Below are positions 30,288-41,123 of a stretch of DNA of 64,000 bases, piece after piece. Numbering within the stretch: the stretch's first letter is position 1; each line of letters opens with the position of its first letter. The notes under the pieces were generated by a model. It was not told the origin of the DNA. It did not search any database and saw nothing but the letters and a program-made list of their open reading frames with translations. The position numbers and the translations under genes were made by a program. The DNA is from a virus: IMG/VR virus record IMGVR_UViG_3300028025_004617, positions 1 to 64,000 of that record. One strand, given 5' to 3'.

Positions 30288-33200
30288 TTATATTGAAGGT
30301 GTTGTTGTATCGCTATTATTAAATGTACCCGTATTTGTTGTTAAATTATAGGTTAAAGTTGCAACTCTTTCTGCACTATCATTTCTATTAGTGCTTGTTA
30401 TTACTTTAGATACTGAAGTAATATTGTATTTAGAAGTGAAAGTTGTGTTTGTGAATACAAAGTTAGATGGTCCAGTTATTGTTCCACCCTTATACAATGT
30501 TGCCGCTACATTTACAGGATTAGTTCCAACTGTACCATACCAATACGCCCTTAAATCTATTACAACACTAGTTTCATTTGGATAGTCTTGTCTAAATTTA
30601 ACTAAATTAACTAAAACGGATTCATAACCAGTTCCTTGATTATCACCACCCCATCTGATAATTGGTGTTCCTGACGTTGGCCATTGACTTGATCTACCAA
30701 AACCAACATACGATTGTGTGGTTGTTTGTCCAATATTAGGTAACGCAACTCTAGATTTTGTATCCAAATCTCGACCATTCGTAAATTGATAAGTTAATAC
30801 TATATAATCAGCATCAAATGTAAATGTATTTTGACCTGTTGTAACCGTGCCTGTTTTAGTACAATTATTTGCATCAGTTACCGTTACTGTATAAACAGTA
30901 TTAGCCGATAATCCCGTAATTGTGTTTGTTGGTGATGACACAGCTTGCGTACGAGACACCTCAGGTGTCTGAGTGGTTGACCAAACGTATGTGTATGGTG
31001 CGGTACCATTTGCAACAGTAACCGTTGCGGTTCCATTATTACCACTTGTTGGGTTCGTTGACGTGAACGCCAATGTTAAATTACATGTTTGTGTGACCGT
31101 ACATGTTGAACCTGTTCCGATAGTATATGTTATTTTATTTTTTGGATTTTCAGATGTTATAGAATCTAAAACTAAACTTGTAATTGGTTCATTAAAATTA
31201 ACCTGACTACCAAAAGGTATAAATGTTTTTGTTTCAGATGCGGATGATGTAACATTAAATGTTCCCGTTAATACATTACCTGTGGTATATGCTTTCACAA
31301 CCATACTTACAGGATTATGTAGTGCACTATCATTACCACCAGACTTACCAATAATATAAAAACCTCTTGTAGCACTTGAAGTTTGGTAACCACAAAATTC
31401 ACTAAGATTAATTGATATTGTTTCAGTTTTATGATAGTAAAATGCATCATTGTCTATCCAATCAATTAATGGTCGATACCAACCTGTTGCAGCCTCACTA
31501 TATGATGTTGTAGTGAATCCTGTATATAATTGAAAATCATCAAATGTTGTTGGTGTTTTTATAAATCCTTTTTTAAGTGACGTATTTGTGTATAGACTAT
31601 TTGGGTCAAATCCTTTTTGTGCTTCAATTGAGTTAGTAAATGTAAGTATTGAATTTTTATCAGTTCCTGACATATACCAATTACTTGAATAATCTGTATT
31701 TGTTGTTACAATTGGTTCATTTGTTGTGGTTGTTGTGCTGTTTGAATTAGACATAACATATATTCCATCAATCGTTCCATTTGTTGTGTGGTAAAATGTT
31801 CTATATGGTGTTGACCCTGAAACGGCGTAATAACCATTTAATACTTTTTGACATCCAAAATCATCATAATATAGTTTTTTACCAATAATTGCTCCACTTG
31901 TTCTGGAATCATAAAACACACTAACTCTTGTTGGATTTGTTTCTACTTTTAATTCATGTGTAAAATATGAATCTAAAACACCGATTTGGTATTCACTTAG
32001 TGGTGTACAATATTTTCCAGTATTTTGTGCATACGCAACTAATGAATTAAGTTTCTTTGTGGCCTTTGCGTTGGCGTCATTTTGACTTATACAACTAAAT
32101 TCAGTTCCAGATTGTACAGTTAATGTTGTTGACTGTCCAATTTCTAAATCACAACAACTATTATTAATTGTTTGTGTTAATGTTGTATCGTTATAATAAA
32201 TTGTTCCTGTCCCACAATATGGTATTGGTTTACCACTAGTATATGGTAAAACTGTTAGTTTATTAAAATGTGTAACTAACGTCGGGTCGTCTACTTTAAT
32301 TGAATATTGAAATTCAAATGTTAACGGGTCTTCCTCAACGACAGCGTTTGTAAATGACAACTCTTTTGATGTTATTTTTCCACCAACTTGTTGATAATAG
32401 TAAACCCCATCACAATAATATCCATTATTAATCGTAGTTAATTGTAAATCCCTATATAGAATGGTATCGTTACCTGAAGTACTAATTTCAATATATGGTT
32501 TGTTTGTGAAATGATGTAAAAATAATTTACAAGGTTCTCTAAATACAATTGTTCTGGTTGTGAAAATTAATTTTAAAATGCTATAGAGTAAAAATGCCGC
32601 AAAAATACCTCCAGCAACAAGATTTATACTTGCAATTAATGATTTGGTTAATTCAATTAATAACACCTTTCTAACAAATGGTCCAACAAGATAATCAAAA
32701 ACAAATTGTCCTGCCACTTGGCTAAGAGTTTGATACGTACCAGCGGCTGCACCATATGGAATTAACATACCAAGTCCAAAAATAGTACTTGCGGCTGCCC
32801 ATTCATTGAATTCCCATTCACTTTCATATCCATGAACCACACCCTCCAACATTTTTGACATCGCATGTGTTGACCCAACAATAGGATTTGCACTTTTTGT
32901 TAGAAAACTATAACTAGTAAAAACACTATCATTTGACATGGTTTTATTTGTGGCATCATACCCCATGTAATATCTATATTGTTGTGGTTGGGATAATGCA
33001 GAAGTTTCTAAAATTTGACTTATTTTACCCACCTCATCCATAAATGGGATGGTACACGCATCCGATGTTTGGTCATTTGGATAAAAAAAAGATTTAGGAC
33101 CTATTGTTTCTTTGGTTGTCTTAGCTTTACCAAATAATTTTTTTCTTACCGTTGTTTGTTTTTGTGTGCCATAAGCTCTATCAAATTCACCACCAACTTT

Positions 33201-33851
33201 ATATACTTTAGTTCCATAACCATAATAATATGGTAATGCGGGATTTTCAAAATAAGACCCAGACCATACTTTTGTATTAACTGACCAATTTTCAATTGGT
33301 GTCAACGAATATAATTTTGTTTTTAATTTTGATGTTGACGCAATCGCATCATATGGTGAATAAACATGTAGTCCTGTTTCGTAACTATAAATTTGTGTTG
33401 TACAATTATATGCTAGTGTTACACTTGCAGAACTTGGTGGTGTATTAAATTTACCCACCGCTATATTAATATTTAATACTGAACCTTTATTAGTTTGGTC
33501 ACCATTAACAATAACGTAGAATTTTTTTGTTCCACTTGTTTTATCGTTTAATATAATATTTTCTAATTTTATTTCATTTGTAGATATCTTATATAATGAA
33601 TTTAAATCTAACGATACTGAAATATATGCTTTGTTTGGGTCTTCGAAATTTATTGATATGTAATCTACCGACCCACTATAGCTAACCTCAAATTCTAAAT
33701 AACCATGATTTTTGTTTCCTAATTGTAAAGATTTTGTTTTGTTAGCAAACTTTAAATTTTTTGCATAAGTTCCTGTTTCGGAAAACGATGGTTTGTTCGA
33801 TGTGAAATCTGTCGCAGTAAAGTTTGTTGTTACTGTATTACTATATGGCAT
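30288..33851 (-). CDS. Large tail-associated protein with central hydrophobic segment and an SprB-like repeat
   Basis: Hydrophobic stretch ~32560-32800; SCISQNDANAKA (DUF5977-like); NGTATVTVANGTAPYTYVW..VTVTDANNC. Confidence 0.6.
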   Translation of the reverse strand: MPYSNTVTTNFTATDFTSNKPSFSETGTYAKNLKFANKTKSLQLGNKNHGYLEFEVSYSGSVDYISINFEDPNKAYISVSLDLNSLYKISTNEIKLENIILNDKTSGTKKFYVIVNGDQTNKGSVLNINIAVGKFNTPPSSASVTLAYNCTTQIYSYETGLHVYSPYDAIASTSKLKTKLYSLTPIENWSVNTKVWSGSYFENPALPYYYGYGTKVYKVGGEFDRAYGTQKQTTVRKKLFGKAKTTKETIGPKSFFYPNDQTSDACTIPFMDEVGKISQILETSALSQPQQYRYYMGYDATNKTMSNDSVFTSYSFLTKSANPIVGSTHAMSKMLEGVVHGYESEWEFNEWAAASTIFGLGMLIPYGAAAGTYQTLSQVAGQFVFDYLVGPFVRKVLLIELTKSLIASINLVAGGIFAAFLLYSILKLIFTTRTIVFREPCKLFLHHFTNKPYIEISTSGNDTILYRDLQLTTINNGYYCDGVYYYQQVGGKITSKELSFTNAVVEEDPLTFEFQYSIKVDDPTLVTHFNKLTVLPYTSGKPIPYCGTGTIYYNDTTLTQTINNSCCDLEIGQSTTLTVQSGTEFSCISQNDANAKATKKLNSLVAYAQNTGKYCTPLSEYQIGVLDSYFTHELKVETNPTRVSVFYDSRTSGAIIGKKLYYDDFGCQKVLNGYYAVSGSTPYRTFYHTTNGTIDGIYVMSNSNSTTTTTNEPIVTTNTDYSSNWYMSGTDKNSILTFTNSIEAQKGFDPNSLYTNTSLKKGFIKTPTTFDDFQLYTGFTTTSYSEAATGWYRPLIDWIDNDAFYYHKTETISINLSEFCGYQTSSATRGFYIIGKSGGNDSALHNPVSMVVKAYTTGNVLTGTFNVTSSASETKTFIPFGSQVNFNEPITSLVLDSITSENPKNKITYTIGTGSTCTVTQTCNLTLAFTSTNPTSGNNGTATVTVANGTAPYTYVWSTTQTPEVSRTQAVSSPTNTITGLSANTVYTVTVTDANNCTKTGTVTTGQNTFTFDADYIVLTYQFTNGRDLDTKSRVALPNIGQTTTQSYVGFGRSSQWPTSGTPIIRWGGDNQGTGYESVLVNLVKFRQDYPNETSVVIDLRAYWYGTVGTNPVNVAATLYKGGTITGPSNFVFTNTTFTSKYNITSVSKVITSTNRNDSAERVATLTYNLTTNTGTFNNSDTTTPSI

Positions 33852-33876
33852 CTATTATAAATATTATTTTCATTTT

Positions 33877-36030
33877 TTATGATTCACAATATATGAATCC
33901 AGCAGGTCCACATAAACCATATTTAGTTGGTGTTCCTGATGTTAATTCGTAAATTATTGGTGTAATTATATTACTATCGGATTCTTTATAGAATCCATTG
34001 TCCACAGGTATTGTTAGATTTTCATCTTGATACCATGTGATTGATTCAAATCCACTATTTTGATAATCTGTTGGGTTAAAGTATACTTTTCTTATTGATG
34101 TACAACTTAAACAAATATCATTTAAATCACTACTTGGTGCGTAATAGCAGAAGTCTTTACTAATTGGTGCCGCCTTTTTAATTATCGCATAGTATGTTGT
34201 TCTACCAATAGGTACATGTGTTAATACTGGGTTGGTTTGAATTAAACTACCCTCACCTTTAACATTACTCCATCCAATAAATGTAGTATCATTTGTTGTT
34301 ACTGCAGATATTGTTGTGGACCCATTAATTAATACTTGTTTAGTTAAGCTTTGAGAGCTTGTTGTTCCATCGGTAACATATCCTGTTGCGGTTGAATTAA
34401 TTTTATGTATTTCATATGTAACAATATTGTTAAATGGATCGTTTACCTCAGTTATTGTGAATGAATTTACACACTCAACTTCGGTAGGTGTTGGGGTTGG
34501 TGTAGGTGTACTAGTAGGTGTAGGGGTTGGTGTTGATGTACTAGTAGGTGTAGGTGTTGGGGTACTTGAAGCTGTTGGTGTTGGTGTTGCGGTTACAACA
34601 TTCGTATCCACCTCAAATTCACAACTACCTGTTTGAGTTGGGGTTGGGGTTGGTGTAGCTGTAACTACATTGAAATCCACCTCAAATCCACAATCAATTG
34701 TTGGTGTAGGAGTAGGTGTAGGAGTTGCGGTAACAACATTCAAGTCGACTTCGAATCTACAATCAATTGTTGGTGTAGGGGTTGGTGTTGGTGTCGCAGT
34801 GACTACATTCAAGTCAACTTCGAATCTACAATCAATTGTTGGTGTAGGGGTTGGTGTAGGGGTGGCGGTAACTACGTTTAAATCTACATCAAATCTACAA
34901 TCAATCGTTGGTGTTGGTGTAGGGGTTGGTGTTGCGGTTACGACATTCAAGTCTATATCAAATCGACAGTCTATTGTTGGAGTAGGAGTTGGTGTCGGTG
35001 TAGCTGTAACTACGTTTAAATCTACATCAAATCTACAATCAATCGTTGGTGTTGGTGTAGGGGTTGGTGTTGCAGTAACCACATTCAAATCTACTCCAAA
35101 ATTACAATCAGGAGTAGGAGTAGGTGTAGGGGTTGGAGTTGCGGTAACTACATTCAAGTCCACATCAAATGCACATTCCGGTGTAGGGGTTGGAGTTGGA
35201 GTTGGCGTCCTTGTTGGTGTAGGGGTAGGTGTACTACTTGGTGTAGGGGTTGGCGTTGCGGTAGGTGTAGGTGTTGGAGTCGAACTTTGAGTTGGACTTG
35301 GTGTTGGGGTTGGGCTAGTTGTAGGTGTAGGTGTGGCGGTAGGTGTAGGCGTTGGCGTACTTGAAGCTGTTGGTGTTGGTGTAGGTGTAGGGGTCCTTGT
35401 TGGAGTTGGTGTTGGTGTTACAAATGCAGGACAATTAACCGTTATAACTTTAGTTATTTGTTCATTTGTCCATGGTGACACTAATTTTACAATTACCGTT
35501 TTATCTCCATTACTTGTATATTGTTTTGTGGCTTGTCCGTTAACCGGTAAATTTGAAGATGTACCATCTCCCCAATAAACCGTAAATACTGCGGTTGCCA
35601 TCGGTTTTAACTTACCAACATTTGTTGTATTATATACAATTAAATCAAATGTACTTGGGTTACAGGTACCGCTATATGAGAAATTAGCACTAAACTTATC
35701 ATCATTGATGTTACCATCAAATTCAACCATTGGTCCATATTCATCAACCTTTGCATTTAAATAAAGTGGTAATTGATAATCACCATAGACTTTAGTTGGG
35801 TCCACAACATTCCATGTATTTGGTGTGGGTGTACCCCATTTATAATACCCAGAAGTAACCGTACTTCCCGTTATATTATAAATCGTTGTGCCTGTAGGTA
35901 TTGTTGTATTTGATAATGTATTCCAATAAATAATATTACCTTCATAGTCATACCATGCTTGGTCCGTTAATGAGACCAATTTTACTTGCAGTATACTCTC
36001 CCTTTGTATGGTATGTTTTATTCTTTTCAC
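33877..36030 (-). CDS. Tail-associated protein with PKD-like domain and Cys-strand/PT array
   Basis: VYWGDGT..KQY (PKD-like); 9 repeat units; GTG start after TATTTATA. Confidence 0.65.
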   Translation of the reverse strand: MKRIKHTIQRESILQVKLVSLTDQAWYDYEGNIIYWNTLSNTTIPTGTTIYNITGSTVTSGYYKWGTPTPNTWNVVDPTKVYGDYQLPLYLNAKVDEYGPMVEFDGNINDDKFSANFSYSGTCNPSTFDLIVYNTTNVGKLKPMATAVFTVYWGDGTSSNLPVNGQATKQYTSNGDKTVIVKLVSPWTNEQITKVITVNCPAFVTPTPTPTRTPTPTPTPTASSTPTPTPTATPTPTTSPTPTPSPTQSSTPTPTPTATPTPTPSSTPTPTPTRTPTPTPTPTPECAFDVDLNVVTATPTPTPTPTPDCNFGVDLNVVTATPTPTPTPTIDCRFDVDLNVVTATPTPTPTPTIDCRFDIDLNVVTATPTPTPTPTIDCRFDVDLNVVTATPTPTPTPTIDCRFEVDLNVVTATPTPTPTPTIDCRFEVDLNVVTATPTPTPTPTIDCGFEVDFNVVTATPTPTPTQTGSCEFEVDTNVVTATPTPTASSTPTPTPTSTSTPTPTPTSTPTPTPTPTEVECVNSFTITEVNDPFNNIVTYEIHKINSTATGYVTDGTTSSQSLTKQVLINGSTTISAVTTNDTTFIGWSNVKGEGSLIQTNPVLTHVPIGRTTYYAIIKKAAPISKDFCYYAPSSDLNDICLSCTSIRKVYFNPTDYQNSGFESITWYQDENLTIPVDNGFYKESDSNIITPIIYELTSGTPTKYGLCGPAGFIYCES
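34480..35420 (-). repeat. Coding array of 9 units DCRF(D/E)[17 protein letters not shown] flanked by pure PT tracts
   Basis: 69-bp periodic unit in DNA and translation. Confidence 0.9.
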
Positions 36031-36111
36031 CTACTATAAATAACGTAAATTAACTTTTCATCATTATATATGATTTTAAAATTTTAAAATAGTTAATAAA
36101 CCAAAATAAAC

Positions 36112-36138
36112 AAAAAACCCCTCATAATAAAGGGGTTT
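36112..36138 (-). terminator. Intrinsic terminator
   Basis: AAACCCCT-8 nt loop-AGGGGTTT with a T tail on the minus strand. Confidence 0.65.
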
Positions 36139-36163
36139 AATTGTATATGTTTTTTATAATTTA

Positions 36164-36769
36164 TTATTGAGCGTATGTCTGACAACCATCATTATAGGTG
36201 ACTGTAACTACGGTTCCTGATGAAGTTGTAAATGTACCACCATTTAATATAGTACCATATGTTAATAATGTAATTTGATTGGCCGGATTAATGTAAGTGA
36301 TACCTCCCCATCCTTGAACTTCTGCGTTGTGATTTACGTTAGTGATACCAGCCTCGATTAAAACCGGACTTTGTATTGTTGCAGTGTCTTCCGCCACCTG
36401 ACCACAACCCACAGTTGTATGACCATCAACATTTGCTATGGTTATTGTTATATCATCAACCAATTCTTCACTTAATGCAAAATAGTAATAACCGGCCTCA
36501 AACATATAACTTAATGTTGCCGTTGTTGGAACTGGTGGTGCTATAGTCCAACTTCTCGTTGTTGTACATGTTCCTGTACTAGCAATTGTACCACCTGTTA
36601 AAGTTTCGTAAGTTGTGTTTATTGAGTGTCCGGTGGATAATTGTGTTTTAGTGACCCCTGTAGCTAACCAATAGGTTGTTCCTGCACTCGTTGTTCCCGA
36701 AATGTTAAACGGGCCAGCAACATATGTTGCTCCTGTATATGCCGATTGTAATGTGAATGTTAATCTCAT
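36164..36769 (-). CDS. Putative virion structural protein
   Basis: 201 aa Thr/Gly-rich beta protein with its own TATTTATA and terminator. Confidence 0.6.
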   Translation of the reverse strand: MRLTFTLQSAYTGATYVAGPFNISGTTSAGTTYWLATGVTKTQLSTGHSINTTYETLTGGTIASTGTCTTTRSWTIAPPVPTTATLSYMFEAGYYYFALSEELVDDITITIANVDGHTTVGCGQVAEDTATIQSPVLIEAGITNVNHNAEVQGWGGITYINPANQITLLTYGTILNGGTFTTSSGTVVTVTYNDGCQTYAQ

Positions 36770-36810
36770 CGTTTGTTGTTTTTATATAAATATGTTATTT
36801 TTTTATTTAA

Positions 36811-39342
36811 TTACAAACCAAGTGTATAATTTATTAAAAGAATATTATTCACTTTAATTCTAATATTATCCCTCTCTAGTGTTCCGTCAATACAATCTCT
36901 TCGGTCTCTTTCATACATCGTATAAGTAAATGTACTCGCTCTTGGTGTCCATGTTGTATATGTTGAACCATTAACACTATATTCTACAGTCGTGTCTGGT
37001 GTCACAGGCCCACCCGATCCATTGAATGTAAATGTGACATCAACCGAATATGCATTATATGGAACATCGTTTTGACAATATTCATTTAAAGATGTGGTGT
37101 TTCCCATAGTTGTGGTTGTACCTGTAACATTACCTGTTGAACCAACGTTACCTCCTGAACCACCAGCGGTTGTACACGATTGACAATTTACAGTTGCGGT
37201 TCCACCGCTGAATACACCACTAACATAAACCGGTGCGGATTGGAAAAATCCTTTATATGGTTTAAATTTATGTCCCCATACCTCAGTCACTTTCCTACAA
37301 ACGTTATCGTTTAAACTTGTTGTTACCACGTCACCGACATTTAATTTTTGTTGTGACCATATTGGATAACCAACTAAATCGGTCAAATCGCCATCACATC
37401 TTACTGTCGTCAAGTTATAGTACAATTGACAATCGGTACAACCTGTAATATCCCCACCACCAATTGCGAATGGTCCAACAGGTTTAGTTTCATAAGTTAC
37501 TGGGTATGTTCCAATCATTGGGACTTGAACTGTTTTACCTGAATATGCTCCTGAGTATCCTGTTACTGTTACACAATAACCATCACTTGTTAAATTACCT
37601 AAATTGTCATATTCTATAACAGCATATGTTGTGTTTAATTGTAAACTAAATGTGTTACCCGAAACGTAAGGTGCTATTGAGAATACATATGTTTGTTGTG
37701 CTGGTGAAGTTCCACAAACAACACCAGTAAATGCATAGAATTGACTAAATCCTGTATATGGTGGTTGACAACTACGGCAGGCATTTGATCCAGTTACTTT
37801 TGTACCTAACGCTGACGATTCGATAAATGATGTCGGTACAAATCCTTCCGATAACTGTACAATTGAGTAACATCCATTATTATAATTGTACACATCTCCT
37901 TCCGTTAACTGAACGTTACTTCTCACATATCCAATCGTATATCCAGTAGTAAATCCACATGGGTCATTAAAATCATAATAATATGAAGTTAACGGGTTAA
38001 ATTCTGGTTCACTAAATATATTACAACCCGTTACTTTAATGTAACCGACACCAAATCCAACTGACGTTACACCAGTGTATGCATATTTTATTTGAGTACA
38101 ATCACCTAACGCGTAATAATAATATGTAGGTGTGACCCCTACACAATCATTACAATTTCCGGATTGTGTTGCACTTTGTGATGATGATTCGTGATATATT
38201 TGTCTATATTTTCCGTTATATGATATCCAAAAGGTTCCCGTACCCAATGATGTGAAGTAACTACTATTATATGTTGTGGCAGTACAAAAATCTGTACTGT
38301 TCATTACAATTTGAATATCTGTACCGGTATTACATGCTAAATTATCACTTGGTGCTGTTGTTCCGTGATATTTTCCAGTAATCGTTACTGACACCGGTGC
38401 CGACTGACCCGCAGTAGGGGTCGGTGTAGGGGTTGGTGTACTTGTTGGTGTAGGTGTAGGGGTTGATGTTGATGTCGGTGTAGGGGTTGGGGTTGATGTT
38501 GGGGTTGATGTTGGTAAAGGTATACCCTTTCTTTCATAGAATTTTATTGAATCGATACTCTCGCCGACCCTATCCCCCGTTGTTCCCGTATATCTAAAGT
38601 ATTGGTACGAATAATCAGTTCTATCAATAACAAGTTTATAATACATGTCATTCGCCTCATTTATTTCGACATTACTAAAAATTGGTCTATTAACAAAATC
38701 TATTATTGTACCATCATTTGCATTAAAAAATTTAGCGGTCATCCAAAATGTGTCACCACTTAAAACCGTTTCAGACAAAACACTCTCATCCTGAAACCAA
38801 AATAGGTACATGTTTTCTTTGTTTCTATAGTTTGAACCCATAAAAACAGGGAAGAAAATATCTTCATTTATATTATTACCTGTGTAGAAATATTTTTCAC
38901 CTAAAGGTAAAGATAAATTTTTTGCAAATGATAATTTTCTATTTACCCTTGTTGGTGGTTCATACGTTGTTCCTGAAATATGTGGTGTTTTATAAAACTC
39001 TAACCTAAAGAAACTTTGAGTAGCTTCTTTTAACATTTTAGCATTTTCATGGGTATCTATACCCATAACATTATAGTCTTGTGTATAAGATGTTCCACTA
39101 ACAAAATAAAAATTATACCATATATCTGTTTGACTAAATGTTAATCCACTAACCGTTGTGTTATATGGTTTGTGAATGTATCTAACCGTTTCATAATTCT
39201 CGATAGGATTAATAATTGTACTTAACACTTCATCCTCGAACTGAATCATATTTTCTTGCCAACCTAAATCATTTAGAAAATCCTGTTCCTTATTTATAAT
39301 AAGGTTTTGGTTTTCATCTTTTCTTAATATTTCCATTAGCAA
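36811..39342 (-). CDS. Tail-associated protein with PT linker and repeated Cys-rich modules
   Basis: PT tract ~38410-38525; modules ending CNDC, CRSC, CTDC, CQSC. Confidence 0.6.
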   Translation of the reverse strand: MLMEILRKDENQNLIINKEQDFLNDLGWQENMIQFEDEVLSTIINPIENYETVRYIHKPYNTTVSGLTFSQTDIWYNFYFVSGTSYTQDYNVMGIDTHENAKMLKEATQSFFRLEFYKTPHISGTTYEPPTRVNRKLSFAKNLSLPLGEKYFYTGNNINEDIFFPVFMGSNYRNKENMYLFWFQDESVLSETVLSGDTFWMTAKFFNANDGTIIDFVNRPIFSNVEINEANDMYYKLVIDRTDYSYQYFRYTGTTGDRVGESIDSIKFYERKGIPLPTSTPTSTPTPTPTSTSTPTPTPTSTPTPTPTPTAGQSAPVSVTITGKYHGTTAPSDNLACNTGTDIQIVMNSTDFCTATTYNSSYFTSLGTGTFWISYNGKYRQIYHESSSQSATQSGNCNDCVGVTPTYYYYALGDCTQIKYAYTGVTSVGFGVGYIKVTGCNIFSEPEFNPLTSYYYDFNDPCGFTTGYTIGYVRSNVQLTEGDVYNYNNGCYSIVQLSEGFVPTSFIESSALGTKVTGSNACRSCQPPYTGFSQFYAFTGVVCGTSPAQQTYVFSIAPYVSGNTFSLQLNTTYAVIEYDNLGNLTSDGYCVTVTGYSGAYSGKTVQVPMIGTYPVTYETKPVGPFAIGGGDITGCTDCQLYYNLTTVRCDGDLTDLVGYPIWSQQKLNVGDVVTTSLNDNVCRKVTEVWGHKFKPYKGFFQSAPVYVSGVFSGGTATVNCQSCTTAGGSGGNVGSTGNVTGTTTTMGNTTSLNEYCQNDVPYNAYSVDVTFTFNGSGGPVTPDTTVEYSVNGSTYTTWTPRASTFTYTMYERDRRDCIDGTLERDNIRIKVNNILLINYTLGL

Positions 39343-41123
39343 TCAAAATTAGGTGGTGTCAATCCAAGAGGTTTATTGTTATATTGTCTCTCATTTCTTA
39401 AATACAAGTTGATGTCGGTTCTAACATAATGTGTACCATTTGTAAATGGAAACTTAGTTCCATTACCATCCACATCTACGTATCCATGGTCATATAAATC
39501 TCTCCATCTCCAAACTTTTTCATTCGTATCAAACGTAACATTTTCAGGTAAATTATAGATATCGTTTGTTGCCGCACTTTCTAAATAAGGTGACAATTGT
39601 CTTAACTTAACTCTGTGGAATGGCTGATAATACAAACCGATTGGATTGTTTGCCGTTGCCCCTGAGTATAATGGTCCGTTTGGGTTACTATTATCTTGGT
39701 TGTGATTAAATCGTGTTATTGGTGTTGTGAATTTATGATACGACTCACTAATTATTCTTTCTTTAAATTCAACTGAATTATATTCAACAAACGCACCTGT
39801 AAGACCTGTTGTACCGATAGGTATAACATCTCCTGGTGTGAATCCAGAAACTCCGGACCTACTAGTAAATGTTGTTCCTGTTGGTATTTTAGTTTCTACT
39901 GATGTTGTTCCACTAAAATGTTCATCTATCCAACTATCATGGAAATTAAATTTATGACCTACTTTTGGTGGGTAATTAAAATATCCTTGTCCATTTCTAT
40001 AAATTGTGGTTACATAAACTTCTGTTGGTGTGTATCCTAAATTATTTGTTAAACCTGTTAATATAAAAGGTTCTTTGAAATCAAATAAAACGGATTCCAT
40101 CCTATTTCTCTCAACCAAAACATCGTTTTCTCCTGAAAAATTTTCAAAAATTAATTTCTTTTCATCTTCCCATATTGGTGTTTCAAATCCAACCTTATCT
40201 AAAATATATGAATTGGCATCTGTTAGTGTTTTATGTTTATGTACGTAATATGTTGATGTTGAACCATTTATGTTATTTCTGTCTAATACTCTTTTTCCCA
40301 CCATAACATTTGAAAAAGTGGTACCTGATTTTAATTGATTTTTTAAAATATTAATTACATAATTTTGTGAATTATGAAATTCATTTCCTACGGTATTAAT
40401 ATAAAATGTTCTACCTGTCACCGTACCCGTTAAAGTGGTTCCTGATAGTGTAACATATTCACCCGCTTTCATTCCGTGTTCAACAGGACTTGTCAATTCA
40501 TACATTGTGCCCCCACTATATGAAACCCTAAATGGAATTCCATCACCCGCTTTAAAATGAACAATATTTGTTCCTTCTGTTTTTGTTGCGCCCGATAATG
40601 TATATGTCATCGTGTAACCAGAATCACTACCATAAACATAACTTAAATATACATTCCAATTTTGGTATGGTGCGGTAATTGGTGTTATAATTGTATGTCC
40701 CGTTGGTCCTATTAATTTTAAAGGTGCTTGTGTGTACCCACTTAATGTTGTACCTGTTTGTGGTTCATTATATTCTCTAACAACATCTCTTCTTAATAAT
40801 GCAAATTCATCATAAGGTAAAAATCCTGTATAGTCAGTTGTCGTTCCATTACCAACCAAGTATAATCTGTCCTTTAAATAAGGATATTCCGTATTACCAC
40901 TATACATGTTACGGAAAACCATTTTCATTTTACCAAAAATTTTATATTTGTTACTTTCGTTTCTTTCCTTATCGTATAATTTATCAATATCTAAAATTAT
41001 ATCTCTATCACCGATTCTCATTAATGATTCCGTTGTTTCAAGATTTAATCTTAAATCTAATTCTTCTGTATCCGCCTTTTTGAATCTCTTACTTGGTAAG
41101 AGTATTTTTTTATTCTCTTCCAT
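39336..41123 (-). CDS. Putative baseplate/tail structural protein
   Basis: 595 aa, coupled to neighbours in the baseplate operon; TSPVEHGMKAGEYVTLSG beta-domain motif. Confidence 0.6.
   Translation of the reverse strand: MEENKKILLPSKRFKKADTEELDLRLNLETTESLMRIGDRDIILDIDKLYDKERNESNKYKIFGKMKMVFRNMYSGNTEYPYLKDRLYLVGNGTTTDYTGFLPYDEFALLRRDVVREYNEPQTGTTLSGYTQAPLKLIGPTGHTIITPITAPYQNWNVYLSYVYGSDSGYTMTYTLSGATKTEGTNIVHFKAGDGIPFRVSYSGGTMYELTSPVEHGMKAGEYVTLSGTTLTGTVTGRTFYINTVGNEFHNSQNYVINILKNQLKSGTTFSNVMVGKRVLDRNNINGSTSTYYVHKHKTLTDANSYILDKVGFETPIWEDEKKLIFENFSGENDVLVERNRMESVLFDFKEPFILTGLTNNLGYTPTEVYVTTIYRNGQGYFNYPPKVGHKFNFHDSWIDEHFSGTTSVETKIPTGTTFTSRSGVSGFTPGDVIPIGTTGLTGAFVEYNSVEFKERIISESYHKFTTPITRFNHNQDNSNPNGPLYSGATANNPIGLYYQPFHRVKLRQLSPYLESAATNDIYNLPENVTFDTNEKVWRWRDLYDHGYVDVDGNGTKFPFTNGTHYVRTDINLYLRNERQYNNKPLGLTPPNFDC

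Noticed and set aside
34480-35420. 69-bp periodic repeats resembling a CRISPR array (also 29060-29780)
   Set aside because: Units are in-frame coding repeats with synonymous variation and no unique spacers; no cas operon is present.
26234-39342. Diversity-generating retroelement acting on fibre tips
   Set aside because: No reverse transcriptase and no template/variable repeat pair differing at adenines was seen in the window.
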